This document shows, piece by piece, positions 24,384 to 38,193 of a stretch of 59,567 bases of DNA (positions are counted from its first letter, which is position 1; each line of letters opens with the position of its first letter). A program made the translations under genes and the position numbers. Origin of the DNA: Psammoneis japonica (lineage: Eukaryota); the NCBI GenBank assembly GCA_008632985.1, contig QPGO01000042.1, positions 496,001-555,567 on the forward strand. Direction: 5' to 3'. Under the pieces are notes generated by a model. That model was not told the DNA's origin, ran no database searches, and worked only from the letters and a program-made list of their open reading frames with translations.

Positions 24384-25220
24384 GATTGACAGTCTCGCTC
24401 ATTGTCACCCATTGAGCATTCATCATGGTCATCGAGAAATTTTCAATGATGCGCGCCGTTGGCGTTGGAAGCATGTGTCCACCTTCTTCACTGCTGGACA
24501 CTGGATTAAATCTGTGCATTTGGATTCATCCAACACCTCCCATCGTTAGACACATTTCTTCAACGGACATTTGTTTGGTCAGGAATTCCCGAATTCTCAG
24601 ACATCCGACATTCCGGATTCCCCACAGCGGATTCTACCCTGGTTGGCAGACAGACCAATGCATCCGCTCGAGCCCACGCCACGCGCACACGATGTAAACC
24701 CTTGACTGTGGCCCTGCTCCACTCATGCCAAGTCCACCGCTTCGTATCTGCACCAGATTGCTGGTCTTCTACAGTCCTGCAAGGTCCACGAGGACAACTG
24801 TGAGAGAAAGCAGTTTGTGATTGCAGCCTGCTTTGGGGCAAGGGTGCACATTTCCCGTGTTTGTTCATCCATCCACAGCGCCAAATTTGGCCGGCCTGAT
24901 CGGGCTGTCCAACCGACATAAAATGAGAACGGTTTGGAGGTCTTGTCCACCTCCAGTCAGCTTGTCAGCAGGGGTTTTTAACCCGTTGCTCCGCTCTCAA
25001 GCAACCCAAAGCGTCGCCAGCTGCAGGTTCAGACTTGCCGGCACAACTCTGCGGACCGGACAGGAAGCTTGGCACTTGACTACAAACAGGACATCACAGC
25101 CCGGTGGCTTCTGACTCATGAGACAGTTTGAGACTTCAAGTCAAGACTCAAGCCAAGTTTCAAGCCATTTCAAGCTCACCCTCTGACTCTAGCCAGTCCC
25201 GACACTCACCCAGTTACAAC

Positions 25221-28200
25221 ATGGTTCTCACCAGGCAGCAACAAATCAATGGCCTCGAGCACATCCCAGGCACTGTTCTGAATCAAGCCGCAGACAGTCC
25301 ATTGCGCTCTGCCCTCAACATTGATGGAACCGATTTGCATCAGGGCCTCTTTCCTTTTACTCCGATGCAACTGGATGCCCTTGTTTATGACGATGGCACC
25401 AATCAAATGCCCTTGCCACGTGGTTACAAAGCACAGATGGCTGCGCTGATTAGCCTGTGCATGGCAAAAGCACGCGGTGGCGCTGATGTTGGCAACAACC
25501 CTCAATTGTTCACACACAAGGAGTTCGCCGACTGTCGTCTCAGTCCTGAGCACGTGGCGTCCCTCTCCATGGGCAACAGCACCATCTGCTCCCACCCCTG
25601 GCTCGTCACCACCCAAACCACGTGACCCCGTGTGTGACTTTAAATGAGGCATCAAACGTGACCCACTCACCTTCGTGCTTCTCAAGTCTGACAAACAGTG
25701 GCACATGTGGCACACCTCCATTGTCGCACAGGCCTGCTCCCAGGACGTCAACCGCACTCTTGATCTGAAGCATGAGCCCTCCACAGCTGAGGACAAGGCC
25801 CTGTTCAACGAACAACAGAAGTGCATGTTTGCCATGTTTGAATGCATCCAGCAGAATGACAAAGGCAAGGCACTTGTTCATGAACATGTCGGCTCCTCTG
25901 ATGCTCAAGCGGTGTGTTGTGACCTGTCCAAGTGCGCCCTTGCTTCTGCTCGCACATCCCTGGAGTCCTCGACCCTTCTCATGCACCTCACCACTGCTTG
26001 CCTCAGTGATGGCACCTGGAAAGGATCCACTCATGCCTTCACACTTTGCTGGCAGGACCAGCTTTGCAAGTGTGAAGCTCTTGTCCCCGGTGCGGACCAT
26101 TTCTCAGCTGGCCAGAAACGTGTCATGCTTGAGAATGCTGTTCACCCCATCAAAGAACTCCGTTCAGCAAAGAATCAGGCCGACCAGTTTCGCACGCAGA
26201 ATGGCATGGGCCTTTCTTACGAGCAGTGCTGTGGACTTGTGCTTTCCACAGTGGCACAGTGCAACAACACATTTGCCCCCAAGATGGCTCCTTGCGCTCC
26301 GTGCCGTGCCATCTACAAACATGGCCTGGTCCCTGACGACCCTGATGACGACGTGTTCTTCGACATCGACAGTGATGTTGATGTCATCCAAGCTCATGCT
26401 GCGCAAACTCGCGGGCACTCCCTCACCAGGGAACAATGGCGTTGCATTCCGCCAGACCATCAGCACATTTGGGATGCTTTGCCCCAGTCCATCAAGGCCA
26501 TCATTCTTGGCTTGCGCGCCGCTCACACCGGCAACTGCCATGACTTGACGGCAGTCAACCTGCACGGACTCTGCATTGGTGGCGATGGCGATGTCAACTT
26601 GTCTGCCAACGCTCACAATCTTGCGTCAGCCTCCGCACAATCCGACGCTGTAGCCGATGCAGCCAATGCTAACCCCATTCTGGCTCATCTCACCAGGCGC
26701 AAGCCTCTGCCACCTGGCAACTTACAACGTCTCCTGGCACCTGAACGGCCTCCTTCCACCCATTCTGGAGAGAAATCCCCCGGATCTGCACCTTCCATCT
26801 GCTCTGGCATGAAGCCCAATGACACTGACATTGAGATCAACGGTCACAAATGCCATCGTGTCAACAACCACAATGTTGTCCACTCTGCCTTGACCCAAAA
26901 AATCGACTCGCAAAGGTGCCCTCGTGGATCGTGGTGCAAACGGTGGTGTCGCTGGTGATGATGTTCGTGTCATTGCTTGCACTGGTTGCAAGGTTGACGT
27001 CCAAGGCATCGACGATCACCAACTGGTTGACATTCCCATCGTCACTGTCGGTGGTGTCATCCACACACAACGTGGCCCCATCATTGCCATTCTTCATCAG
27101 TGCACCCACACTGGAAAGGGCAAGACCATGCGTTCTTGTGGTCAACTCGAGTGGTGCAAACACGATGTCAACGATCGGTCCATCAAGGTCCCCAATGGTC
27201 TGCAGCACATCACCACCATTGACGGATGTGTCATCCCCATTGACATCAAAGGCAGCCTTCCGCACATCGCCATGCACCCGCACACTGATGCCGAATGGGA
27301 CACCTTCCCTCACGTCATCCTCACTGGTGATGACACTTGGGACCCATCTGTCCTCAACCACCAGCTCACCGACGATGGGACGTGGTGTGATGCCGCATCT
27401 GACCTCCAGGTCGACCCAACCACCAACCTCTTTGACAAGTTCGGCAACTGTCACCACTGTCATGTCGTCAACAACACCATGCTTGCAGACTCCGTCCTCA
27501 ATGACCACCTGCTCCCAACATCCGATTTCTTCTGCGAATGCCATGAGCGCAAGATCAATCCAAAGGATCCTGACTTTGAGTCTCTGCGCCCTTGTTTTGG
27601 CTTTCTTCCGAAGGACACTGTCCGCCGCACTTTTGATTGCATGACGCAATGCGCTCGCATGCCCGCCAGCACACACTTGAAAAAGGCGCACCGACGCAAT
27701 GAACCTGTTGCCACTGACATGGTGTGCTCTGACACCCCCGCCGTTGACTCCGGCTGCACCAGTGCCCAGCTCTTTGTTGGCACCGAATCCCTTGTCACGG
27801 ACGTGTGCAGAACCAAGACTGACAAGGAATTCATCAACACGCTTGAGGACAACATTCGCAATGGCGGTGCCCCGTCCAAGCTCATCAGTGACCGTGCTCA
27901 AGTTGAGATCAGCAACAAAGCTCTTGGCATGCTTCGTGCCCTCTTCATCTCCAGTTGGCAAAGCGAGCCTCACCAACAGCATCAGAATTTTGCTGAACGT
28001 TGCTGCCAAACTTGAAGACCATGGCCAACACCATCATGGATCACTTCGGATCTCCAGCTTGCACCTGGCTGCTCACCCTGATGCACGTGTGCTTCATGCT
28101 CAACCACACGGCATCTGCCAAGCTCCACTGGTGCACCCCCACCGAAGTGCTGTCCGGCTCTGCTCCTGACATCAGCCCGCTCCTCCATTTTCAATGGTGG

Positions 28201-30787
28201 GAACCCATGTGCTGTCACCTGGATGATTCCAACTGGCCGTCCGAATCCCGTGAATTACGTGGTCGCTTTGTTGGCATTGCCAAACACGTGGGCCACCAAA
28301 TGACATTCAAGATTCTTTTTGATGACACTCAGAAGATTCTCTGCCATTCCAACGTGCATTCCACCCGTGATCCGTCTGCCCCAAACCTGCATCTTGATCC
28401 TCCTGATGAGAGATCTGCTGCACCCATCATTAAATCCCAGCATGACTCCAAGGCTTTGCCGGATTCACCAGATGGGGAGGCGATCAGGATGCCCAAAATG
28501 CCGGTCTTTGACCCTGAAGATGTCATCAGATGCACCTTCCTCATGAAGCCACAAGAGGATGGACAATGCCACAGAGCCCGCATCGTCAAAGCCGTTGAGG
28601 ACCATGACTGGAAAATCAGAGACAATCCTGAACCAGTCAAGTTCATTTGCTCCATCAACAATGACAAATGCAAGGAAGTCCCAGCCTGCAATGACATCAT
28701 GCACCACATCAAGCAAGAAGATGAGGACACTGCCCTCTGGAAGTTCCGATGCATTGTGTCACACAAAGGACCATTGCAACCCCATGATCCCTCTTGGAAA
28801 GGCTCAAGCTGCAATGTCATGCTTGAGTGGGAGAATGGAGAGGTCACATCCGAACCCCTTGCCATCATTGCCAAGGACAATCCCGTCACCTGTGCCATCC
28901 ACACACATGAGCATGGCCTCCTTGAAACTGAAGGATGGAGGCATTTTCGCAAGACAGCCCTGCATCAGAAGAAGCTGTTCCGCATGGCCAACCAAGCCAA
29001 GCCATGCTCCTTTCACACTGCGCCACAATGCAAGTGCGGGTGTGAAGTGCCACGAGACTGCAAGCATGCCTTGGCCCTGATGAGCACAATGGCAACCACA
29101 AGTGGGGAGACGCAATGGACCTCAAGATGACTCAGCTTGATGAGTGCGAGGTCTTCCACGACTGTGGACATTGCAAAGATTCCAGCACCCCACTGGGACA
29201 CAAAAAGATCTGGGCGCATCTTGTCTGTGACGTCAAACATGACGGATGGCACAAAGCAAGGCTTGTTGCCGATGGACACCTCACGGACGTGCCCGTCGAC
29301 AGTGTCTGTTCCGGAGCAGTGTCTCTTGCGGCCTGCGAATGATGATCTTCCCAGCCGAACTCAATGAACTGGAGACTTGTGCCACCGACATTGGGAACAC
29401 CCATCTCGAAGCTGCCACCAAGGAGAAACTGCACATCGCAGCAGAGGCCCCGAATTTGGCAAGCTAGAAGGACACATCCTTGTCATCCACAAGGCCTTGC
29501 ACGGACTCTGCAGCTCTGGCCTCAGATGGCATGAATGCTTTGCCGATTGCCTGCATGCTGAAGGCTTCTTCCTGTGCAAAGCCAAACCCGACATCTGGCT
29601 GCGCAGGAATGGTGACCACTGCGAACACGTGGCAGTGCATGTGGACAACCTGGCCTTCACCATGAAGGACCCCCAGGCTTCGCAGACACCCTCATGGAGA
29701 AACACAAGCTCAAGCTCAAAGGCACTGGACCATTGGAGTTCCATCTTGGTTGCGATTTCACCCACAATCCAGATGGCACCCTGTGCCTTGCTCCCCGCAA
29801 GTGCATTGAGTGCATGGTTGACAACTGCGTGCGCCTTTTTGGGGAGAAGCCCCGCACTGATGTGCTTTCACCCCTTGACAAGGGCGACCACCCTGAGCTT
29901 GACACTTCTGGATTGCTCGAACCCGATGGCATCCACCAACTTCAATCCTCAATTGGTTCCCTGCAATGGGCCGCATCCCTTGGTTGCATTGACATCACTG
30001 CGGCTGTCATGTCTCTGTCTGGCTTCCGTGCAGCACCCCGCCAGGGCCACCTAGACTGTGCCAAATGTGTCCGCGGATTCCTCTCCAAGATGTGTCATGG
30101 TGCCCTCCAAGTGCGCACTGAGGAGCCCAACTGTTCAGACCTTCCTGAGCCCGTGCATGACTGGGCCCAGTCTGTGTGTGGGGAGGCAGAAGAGCTGCTC
30201 CCGCAAGATGCGCCTGAGCCACTTGGCAAGTTCATCACCACAACGCACTGCATCGATGTGAACTTGTTCCATTGCATGCTCACTGGATGCTCTGTCACCG
30301 GCATTCTCCATTTCCTCAACAAGTTTCCGGCTGATTGGTTCTCTGAGAAACAAGCCACAGTCAAGACTGCAATGCATGGATCCAAGTTTGTCACCGCAAG
30401 GACGTGCGTTGAGCAGATCATTGACCTGCGCATCACTTTGCGTTGCCTTGGCATCCCCATTTGTGAAACCTGTCACATGTTTGCCGGGACAACAAGTTGG
30501 TTGTGGACAGTGCCACCATCCCGCACTCCAAGTCACACAAGCAACACACCACCCTCTCATTCCATCATGTGTGTGAGGCAATCGCCTCCAGTTTTCTTGA
30601 GTTTCATTTCATCAAAGGGTCCCGCAAACCGGCTGACATCCTCAGCAAGCATTGGGGTTGCTCCCAAATCTGGAACCTCCTTCATCCTCTGATGTTTTGG
30701 AACTTCGATCCCGAGGCTTTCAACCAATCCGACTTCGAATCTGTCACTGTTGACCCCTCAAGCAAACTGGGGAGTGACAGGATTTGA
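25221..30787 (+). pseudogene. Copia gag-pol, frameshifted, Tyr-depleted
   Basis: PR 'DRGANGG'; IN 'VATDMVCSD', 'LISDRA', 'QNFAER'; RT 'HKARLVADGH', 'KALHGL', 'VHVDNL' (YVDD position); RH 'PADILSKHW'. Confidence 0.9.
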
Positions 30788-31019
30788 ACAAGACCCCAGT
30801 TTGTCACACACAATTATGTGTGCTCTCAGTTCAGTGCTCGTCGCGAGATGCAGTTTGCTTTTGAGCCACATGGCTCACAAGAACAACAACAGCAGTGCCG
30901 ACATCATGACACCAGTCTTTCGGCTCCTGCAATGGTCTCTGCATGGAGACTCATCTGCCATTTAGACAGCAGCAAGGAGCCATTGTTTTCTTCCACCCAG
31001 TCATCTTCAATTTCTGTCA
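30775..31019 (+). repeat. Copia 3' LTR
   Basis: Direct repeat of 24139-24383, followed by TSD AAACC. Confidence 0.95.
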
Positions 31020-33923
31020 AAACCCCCTGAGTTTCATTTTGCATGGCCGGCTTTCTTCAAAGCTGCAGTGTGAGCCTTGCACACCCCCAGCAACAACCAG
31101 AATGTTGATTGCTCTGTCTCACTTCAATGTTTGCTTGTGAGATTTGTTGCCTGCAATGCACATGTCAGTGGAGTGTGTTGTTTCTGTGGGGTCTTTGATG
31201 ACAGGTGAGAGAAAAACAAAAGAAACAAGGGCACTTGGCCGACAAATGCCACAGACAAGTGCGCCATGGACATGAGCACCACGGTGCCCTCTGCCAAAAG
31301 GCTGCTGGACAAGGCAACCCAGCAAGCAGATGAGTGGATCCATCATTCACAGAAATGATGAAAAATGTGTGTGCAACACCTGGCTGGGGTTGATGGTGAT
31401 GACAGCTGTCCATGTGCTGCAATTGCTGGGGCAACAGCAGCAATCTCCTTGTGCTTGGGCACCAGTGTGTCATGACATTTCATGGCCATTCAAGAGAGGA
31501 GTTTTGATGCTTTGATCTTGTGTCAGCTCCAGACAGTCTGGAGCTTCTTGAAGTCAATGATCAACATCTGCCATCTGCTGGCAATCTTTCAAGAAGTTTG
31601 GTGGCCACACATTGTCCCAGATTTGTGGAGCTTGTTCCAGGTGTGCCATGATTGCACACCAGACAAAAGCAGAGCCCATGGTCCTGGGAAGATGATGGCA
31701 GCTGATGCATTCTGTGGAATGACTGCTGGTTTTCTAGATGTGACAGTTGAGTTGCTGGTCTCTGGCTTTGCTTTCCCACCTGACTCAAAACTCAGCAAAA
31801 ATGTTCACAAGGACTTGCGCACTGTGGAACTGTGCAAAACACACTTCTGCAACCCTGCAAAGCACCATGATGAGTGCTGTCATTGCAACAGCAAAACAGC
31901 AAAGTTCTGCAGTCTGGCAAAACAATCAAGCTTTCAAATGAAAGGACAACACAGCAGTCATCTGCTGGGTTGGTCAATCCATGAATGTGTGAGGAAATTT
32001 TAGAGCAAGAGAAAGGGGCACTTGAGGCAACAAGTGCACCACAGCTGCTGCATCACTTGAAAGAGGAGATCAATGACACAGTCAGCATTTTGCTGCCAAA
32101 GAACAAGGGAGTGGAGAAGTGCACCATTGCCAAGATGATGATCCCATGTGGTGGAAATGCAGCCCGTGTCACATGAAGAAGAAATGAAGTGCTCAGCACA
32201 AGGCTTCCAAGACCTTTTCCCTTGCATTTCCCAGCCATGTCATGCACACAATTGAAGCAAGAAGACCAGTGGATTGTTCAAAAGAACTGAGACAGAAGCA
32301 CCAAAGCAACAGCAAAGAATCAATTCTTCAAATCTCGGGTGGCAAACTGAGCAACAGATTCATTTTGGACCCATGGAGCCACGAGCCACCACTTCATGCC
32401 ATCTGTTGCTTGCAGGACAGAAAGCTGCTGCATGTTCTGGTCAAAAACAATCAGCATCCACAGTGGCTGACTCTGGTGCCAAACAAAATGTGCATGGATC
32501 TGGGTTGGCATGGTCATCAACAGCCACATCTGATGCTGTTGGAGACTTCTTTTGACAAGGACAAACACAACCTTTGTCAAGTCACGGGCATTGTTGCATC
32601 ACTCTTCATGGGCTCACATGTTTGCAGGGTTTGCTGCAGCACTTTTGCTTGGGTGAAGTCTGCCTTTTGCAGAGAAGCCATCAATGATTGGCCTTTTCAC
32701 ATGACTCCAACCATCTTCAAGATGACCCAAAGCAAGAGCAACAAGTGATGTTTTGCAGGTGCATGTTGCACCAAGTGACCAGAACCACAGAGGAGGGGAG
32801 GGGGGTAGAAACTTTCAACAAAACATGACTTGGGTGCCTTTCAAAACATCCATGAGATCTGTTGAACCACAACAAAGCATGAGAAAATGCTCAATGAAGC
32901 TTGCTTTTGCAGGGATCATGCCACAGCCAAAGACCTGCTCAGAACACTGCAAGAGTCTCAGAGAGTGCTGGCAGTGTGTTGGCACTGGTTGTTGCAATGA
33001 CAGCACTGGGCATTGCAGCAACACAACCATTTACACTGGTTGTTGTGTCAACAGCATTTTTGTCAGCCATTGCAATGACAGCAATGATGCTGGCTGTTGT
33101 GACAATGGCATTTGCACTGGACATTGCAACAATGAAATTTGTGTCAGCTGCTGCACAACAGCGGCATTTGCACTGGCTGTTGTGACAGCAGCAGCTGTTG
33201 TGGTGACAGCTTTTGTGCTGGCTCTTGTGACTGCAGCACTCATGTTGGTCATTGCAGCAGCAGTGTTTGAACTGGCTGTTGCACCCACAGCATTGGTGTC
33301 AGCCATTGCAGCAAGCCAACAGCATTTGCAGTGGATGTTGTTGACCTGGGTGCTCCTCTTTCTGGCAAGCAGATTGTTCAACTTCTTTGACATTGTCCCA
33401 AAGATGAGTGTGACCTCTTCAGTTCAACAGACCTTCATGTCTGTTGCACCACAACATTGGATGTCACCATGACAGGGCCACTTTCTTGATTGGACTTTGC
33501 CGCTTTTGTCAATGAACAATGATGTCTGTCCACAAGCCAGCGGGCCGCTGGAGAATGAAAAGTCTGCACCAGGTCTGCCACTCAAAAAAAAAATCAAAGG
33601 CACAAGACCAAGCTAGAGGGTTGGTGCTGGTGAGTCAAAATGATGTGTTGTCATCTTCACACTCCACTCACCATCTTGTCAAAGACATGGAGATGTGTGG
33701 CAGTCATGTCCACTTCTTCTGCTGATTGCCTCAATCTTGGCTTTGTCTTCTTTTTGGAGATCATTGGCTCAATTCCCAACACCCACCCATGCTGCAACAC
33801 ATTGTTCATTGTGAATGCTTTGTCATCCAGAGTTGTGCAATGAACAGCACATTGCCCAAAAGCTTGCTCATCTTTGTGACATGATCTGAAATTTTCACAG
33901 AGTGCCCATCATTGCAATGGATC
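31020..33923. mobile_element. Old degenerate element (host of the Copia and Gypsy insertions), family unassigned
   Basis: Nearly devoid of both TpA and CpG; TSDs show it was contiguous with ~23.2-24.1 kb and with 38.57 kb onward. Confidence 0.45.
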
Positions 33924-34290
33924 TGCAGCATGCGACTCTTGTGTACACACATGTGATTACATGTTATTTGTGTGTCAATCGTGCCACAGTCGTGGATGCG
34001 TGCGAAGGACAGAACGATCACACAGAGTTGGTCGGAAGTCGAAAATCGCAAATACGATCGATAGACGATGCTGACATCTCACGTGTCAAAAGCAATCGTA
34101 TTCGGACTATCTGTTGTCACGATTATATTCTCCGAAAGGCCTTTTGTCTGTAGAAGCAGTACAGAAGCTTTAGGCCATTGAGAACTCATTCGGAGAAACC
34201 AAAAATCACAGAGTAAAATCTAATCTCATAATTTCCACTTTTCGTACACTATTCTACTTTCGTTTACACTCGTTCTTCGAGCATAGTGCA
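33924..34290 (+). repeat. Gypsy 5' LTR
   Basis: Direct repeat of 38194-38562. Confidence 0.93.
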
Positions 34291-37200
34291 TTGTGTATAC
34301 ACACCACAGAAGGTAAAAAGCACGGAAAATGAAAATTTCAACTAATGTGCCTTTGCAAATTCTTCCACAAACAGGAACGAATCGCATCAGTTCTGCTGGA
34401 ATCGATTTCCGAGCGGAAGAAGCTCAAGCCGAGCAGCACCTCAAGATGGAACGCTGTTTTTCATCTACCAAACAAGAGGATTCGCTCTAATACGGTCTAT
34501 TCCAAGCACCCAAGGATCAAGGGCTCTCAAGTGCACCGCATTGTCAAAAAATCTACACCAAGTCATGGTTGCAGAGAATGCAAGTTCCGAGTCGATCAGA
34601 TCCGAGAAATGCGTCTACCATGCAAGGAGAGACTATTGGAGAGTTTTTTGAGACCGAATCGATGATCCTCGAGTCCAAGGAGCAAGAGGGAATCGTTGGA
34701 AAGTACCTCAAGCGTCTCGTGACTCATGTCCTCCGAGGAAATGCACTTCAGAATCAGGGAAATTATTTTCGAGACGACCTGAAGAAACCAGAGCCGCTCA
34801 ACAGCAAAAAAAGCCTCTGACAGACCCAAGAGGTCAACGATGAGAGTCCACACGACCCTCAGATGGATTCTAAGTCGAATCTAGCTGGAAACCGAGCGCT
34901 GATTTATCAGCTGTCACTCGCACCGCAAGGATGGCAGCATCAGCCTGCTGTCCAAAATGTTGAACTGCTGGATCATGCCCTTGACGAGCTGATTGAGGTT
35001 TGAGTCGTCCAGAGGTCGGCAAGGACGTCTGTGACAAAAAAAACATGTCAATTCGGGCTCTGATGGCGCAGTTGATTCCACAATCAAAAAGGCTCCAATT
35101 TTGGTTCCAAAAATGGTCTCCCACATGGTGCCACCACAATCCAAAGTGAGTGAAAGGTCCAATCTTTGAAAAAAGAATGCCTGCATCACGGATTAAAGCC
35201 ACTCTGAAAATGAACCAGTGAAAGAGTGCAAGGGTGGCTCTAAAAGAGACCCAAAAATACGACGCTCTAAATGGCAATCGCACGCGAACGTGACGAGAGC
35301 AGAAATGCCTCTGTGAAAGAGGAGCTGAACTGAACTGTGAACCAGGCAGTTCACAAAAAACAACCAAAGCGAGTTCCTCGACAAAGGAACGTAAAAATAA
35401 GAGTGAAAATTAAGACTCTAAAACGCTTGACGAACAAAACTGTCAATTTAGAAAAATTGACCCGATCGAGTCCGATCAAAAATTTGCACCGCTCAAGGAG
35501 CACAACGCGTCACAGGACGTCTGGAAACCCAGAAAAAGCATCACAGCATGTTGTGCGAGTCCTGTTCTCGCTGTCTATGTGACTGCTTCTCTGAGAAAAG
35601 CAAAAAATAAGCTTCTGCGTGTTCTCTCGATAAAGAACATCGTCAGCCCATGATTTTACGCAAAATCGTGCAAAGTTGAGAACCAAGATGTCGGCCACCA
35701 AAAAACTTGGGAAACCAAGGGTGAGCTCTTTACGACTGATGGCAAACACCGAATTCAGTTCTCAGTGCGCGAATTTAAGACTTGCTGATGTTCAAACAGC
35801 ACATGTCAATGACACCAAATGCCCTTCAAGGTCGAATGATGTGATCATGGGACGCGACTTAATGTCCAGTTTTGCAATCACACTAGACTGCGCAATTGAA
35901 GAAATCAAATGGGAATGAAGCAATTGCCCCATGAAGAATGTTGATGCACTCTTCGACACAGAAATGTTCCAGCTGAATGCCGATCACATTGAAAAATGTC
36001 ACGCGGTGAGTGGAGTTAATGACGAGACCGATGGTTCTCGACTCACATTGTCACGCCGTCGATTCTAATCAAGTGACAGCTGCAGCAATGCATCTTAACC
36101 AAAAGAAGATAAACCACTCAGTCTCCTTCTTAAGAGGTTTGAAATCCTTTTGAAAAGTTCCTTGGACACATGAATTGAAAGAACCAATGGATCTCGCCGT
36201 GAAAAAATCTGACGCGATTCCACGACGTGTGAGAACCTTCTCCCATCACAGTCTTTGGAGGCATTCATTTGAAAGGAATTTAACCAATTGTGAAAGATTG
36301 AAGTTTTAAAAATGAAATTGCGATTCAATCATGGAACACCACGATGTAAAATCAAAAAGCACACGTCGTGCTCACATCATGATAATGCCGTGGGGGAAAA
36401 TGAGTGCTGCAGACTTCCGACAAGAATCTACAGAGCCCCGTACATTTTCATGCAACGCATGAGCGAACTCATGGCAGGTTTGGAGTTGTCAGAACGACTG
36501 AGAATGAACATTTGCACCTGACAGAAAACAACTTCAAAATGTCACCTGTGCAAGAAAAACTTGAAACGGCATTCACACGACTGGAACAGTCGCTTTGAAG
36601 GTTGACAAACAAAAGTCCTTCACTGCTCAACTTGAAAAAAATTATCAAGACTTCCATGCGCAACGGCACACATCCGATTACAAAGAAAATGGAGGCGATT
36701 CCGGCAATCGCAACACTGAGCAAAACGCAAAGAAAATTACGACAGCTTGTCGATGCATGTTGCCACCACAAAGACATGTAGTCTCAATGATCTCCTGTGC
36801 ATTTCTAGCCAAATCCACCTCAATGAAGGTCAAACGGCAAAAGGACAAGCACAGAACGAAAAGTCTCCGAAAATGTGGAGCGCATCACATCAAAAACTGT
36901 GTCATTGTCAAACATGGCATTGCAATGTTCAAGTCACAACGGAAAAAGAACTTCTGTCCACAGTGGAAACACTTGATGATTCCCGGAACATGCTGTTTGG
37001 CCAACAGATTGTCACACGTGCGGTTCATAACACACAATGGACAGAGTCATGCGTTGATGACTTAGAGCGCAGAATTCCAGTCCCGAAATAAAACACATCG
37101 AGGGCAAGGCGAACGTCGTTGCAAGAGCGATCAGCCGACTCACTGTAAAAAAAATAGAACCTGTGGAAAACCTCAGCACAGAAGAGTTGGCTGAAAAGGT

Positions 37201-38193
37201 CCCACCAAAATCCTGCGACAATGTCTTTCCATTAAATTGCAAAGTTCTCGATGCTGAACAAAATGGGGGTGAAGACATTTCCTCCAAATTGTCGGACGCG
37301 ACACATCATACGAACACTTTTCGTGGAGGCGAGCGAGATCAAAAATGCTCATGTCATGAGGAAAAAATCGCCTTGTTTGGGGACGGTTGAAGAAAAAATC
37401 AGTGACAGATTGGCACACATTGTGCGCACCCACTTCACATTGGCAAAAGACAATCTCACAGCACCCGCACGACTGCAATGTACGATGTACGAGGCAAGAC
37501 ATAAATGACGTCACACGAGATGTGCCAAAGATTCAGAAACAAAACACAAAAATGGACATTCATCCGAACAGTGCACAAAAGCAGTGCCTTTGGAATGACG
37601 AAACATCACCGGCATGTCAAAAAGAAACGTCCAAATGACGATCAAAATCCAAAGGAAAGATGGTTGAAGTGACAAAGAAATCCATAAAGGAATCCACAAC
37701 CATCCCAGGATTGTCAAGACGAAATGGTTAGAAAATGCCCTTGACCATCGTCAATTGCTTGCGACACGTGGAAGTGCAGCAGAGCAACATGGCACATGTG
37801 AAGTTAGCCAGCCAGAACTGCATGAACTCCACAAGTAAAGTGAACGCCATGACAATTAAAAGAGCGTGCATTGAGCACTGGGCATGATGCCAGGTACAAT
37901 CGATGTCATGAAAAACACTGCAGGACAATTGGTCCTTGTGCTCATGTCAACAAAGAACGTCAACGAGAACACTCGACGCAACGCCACATGTGCACACATG
38001 CAAAGTGAGAAACAAACGATGTCACTCTCACAAGACATTCGGAAATTGGAACGGCCCCACATGGCCCACACAAAACGACAACAGTCATTGCCAATGGCAC
38101 AATGCAGTGAACGTGGAGACATCATTGACACTGTCAACATCCATCGAATGATCCACTTAACAAATGACTCCAATGTGCAATTAGGGAGGCGAG

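Larger units (their letters stand above)
24139..31019 (+). mobile_element. Full-length Ty1/Copia LTR retrotransposon (diatom CoDi-like), inactivated
   Basis: Two 245-bp LTRs with TGACAG...CTGTCA ends, 5-bp TSD AAACC (24134-24138, 31020-31024), PPT 'aaactggggag' before the 3' LTR, domain order gag-PR-IN-RT-RH. Confidence 0.95.

Noticed and set aside
24384..24405. Primer-binding site of the Copia
   Set aside because: The sequence after the 5' LTR (gattgacagtctcgc) could not be matched confidently to a tRNA.
32950..33320. Thr/Ala-rich or Cys-rich repeat protein
   Set aside because: Degenerate low-complexity repeat inside saturated DNA; frame and strand cannot be determined.
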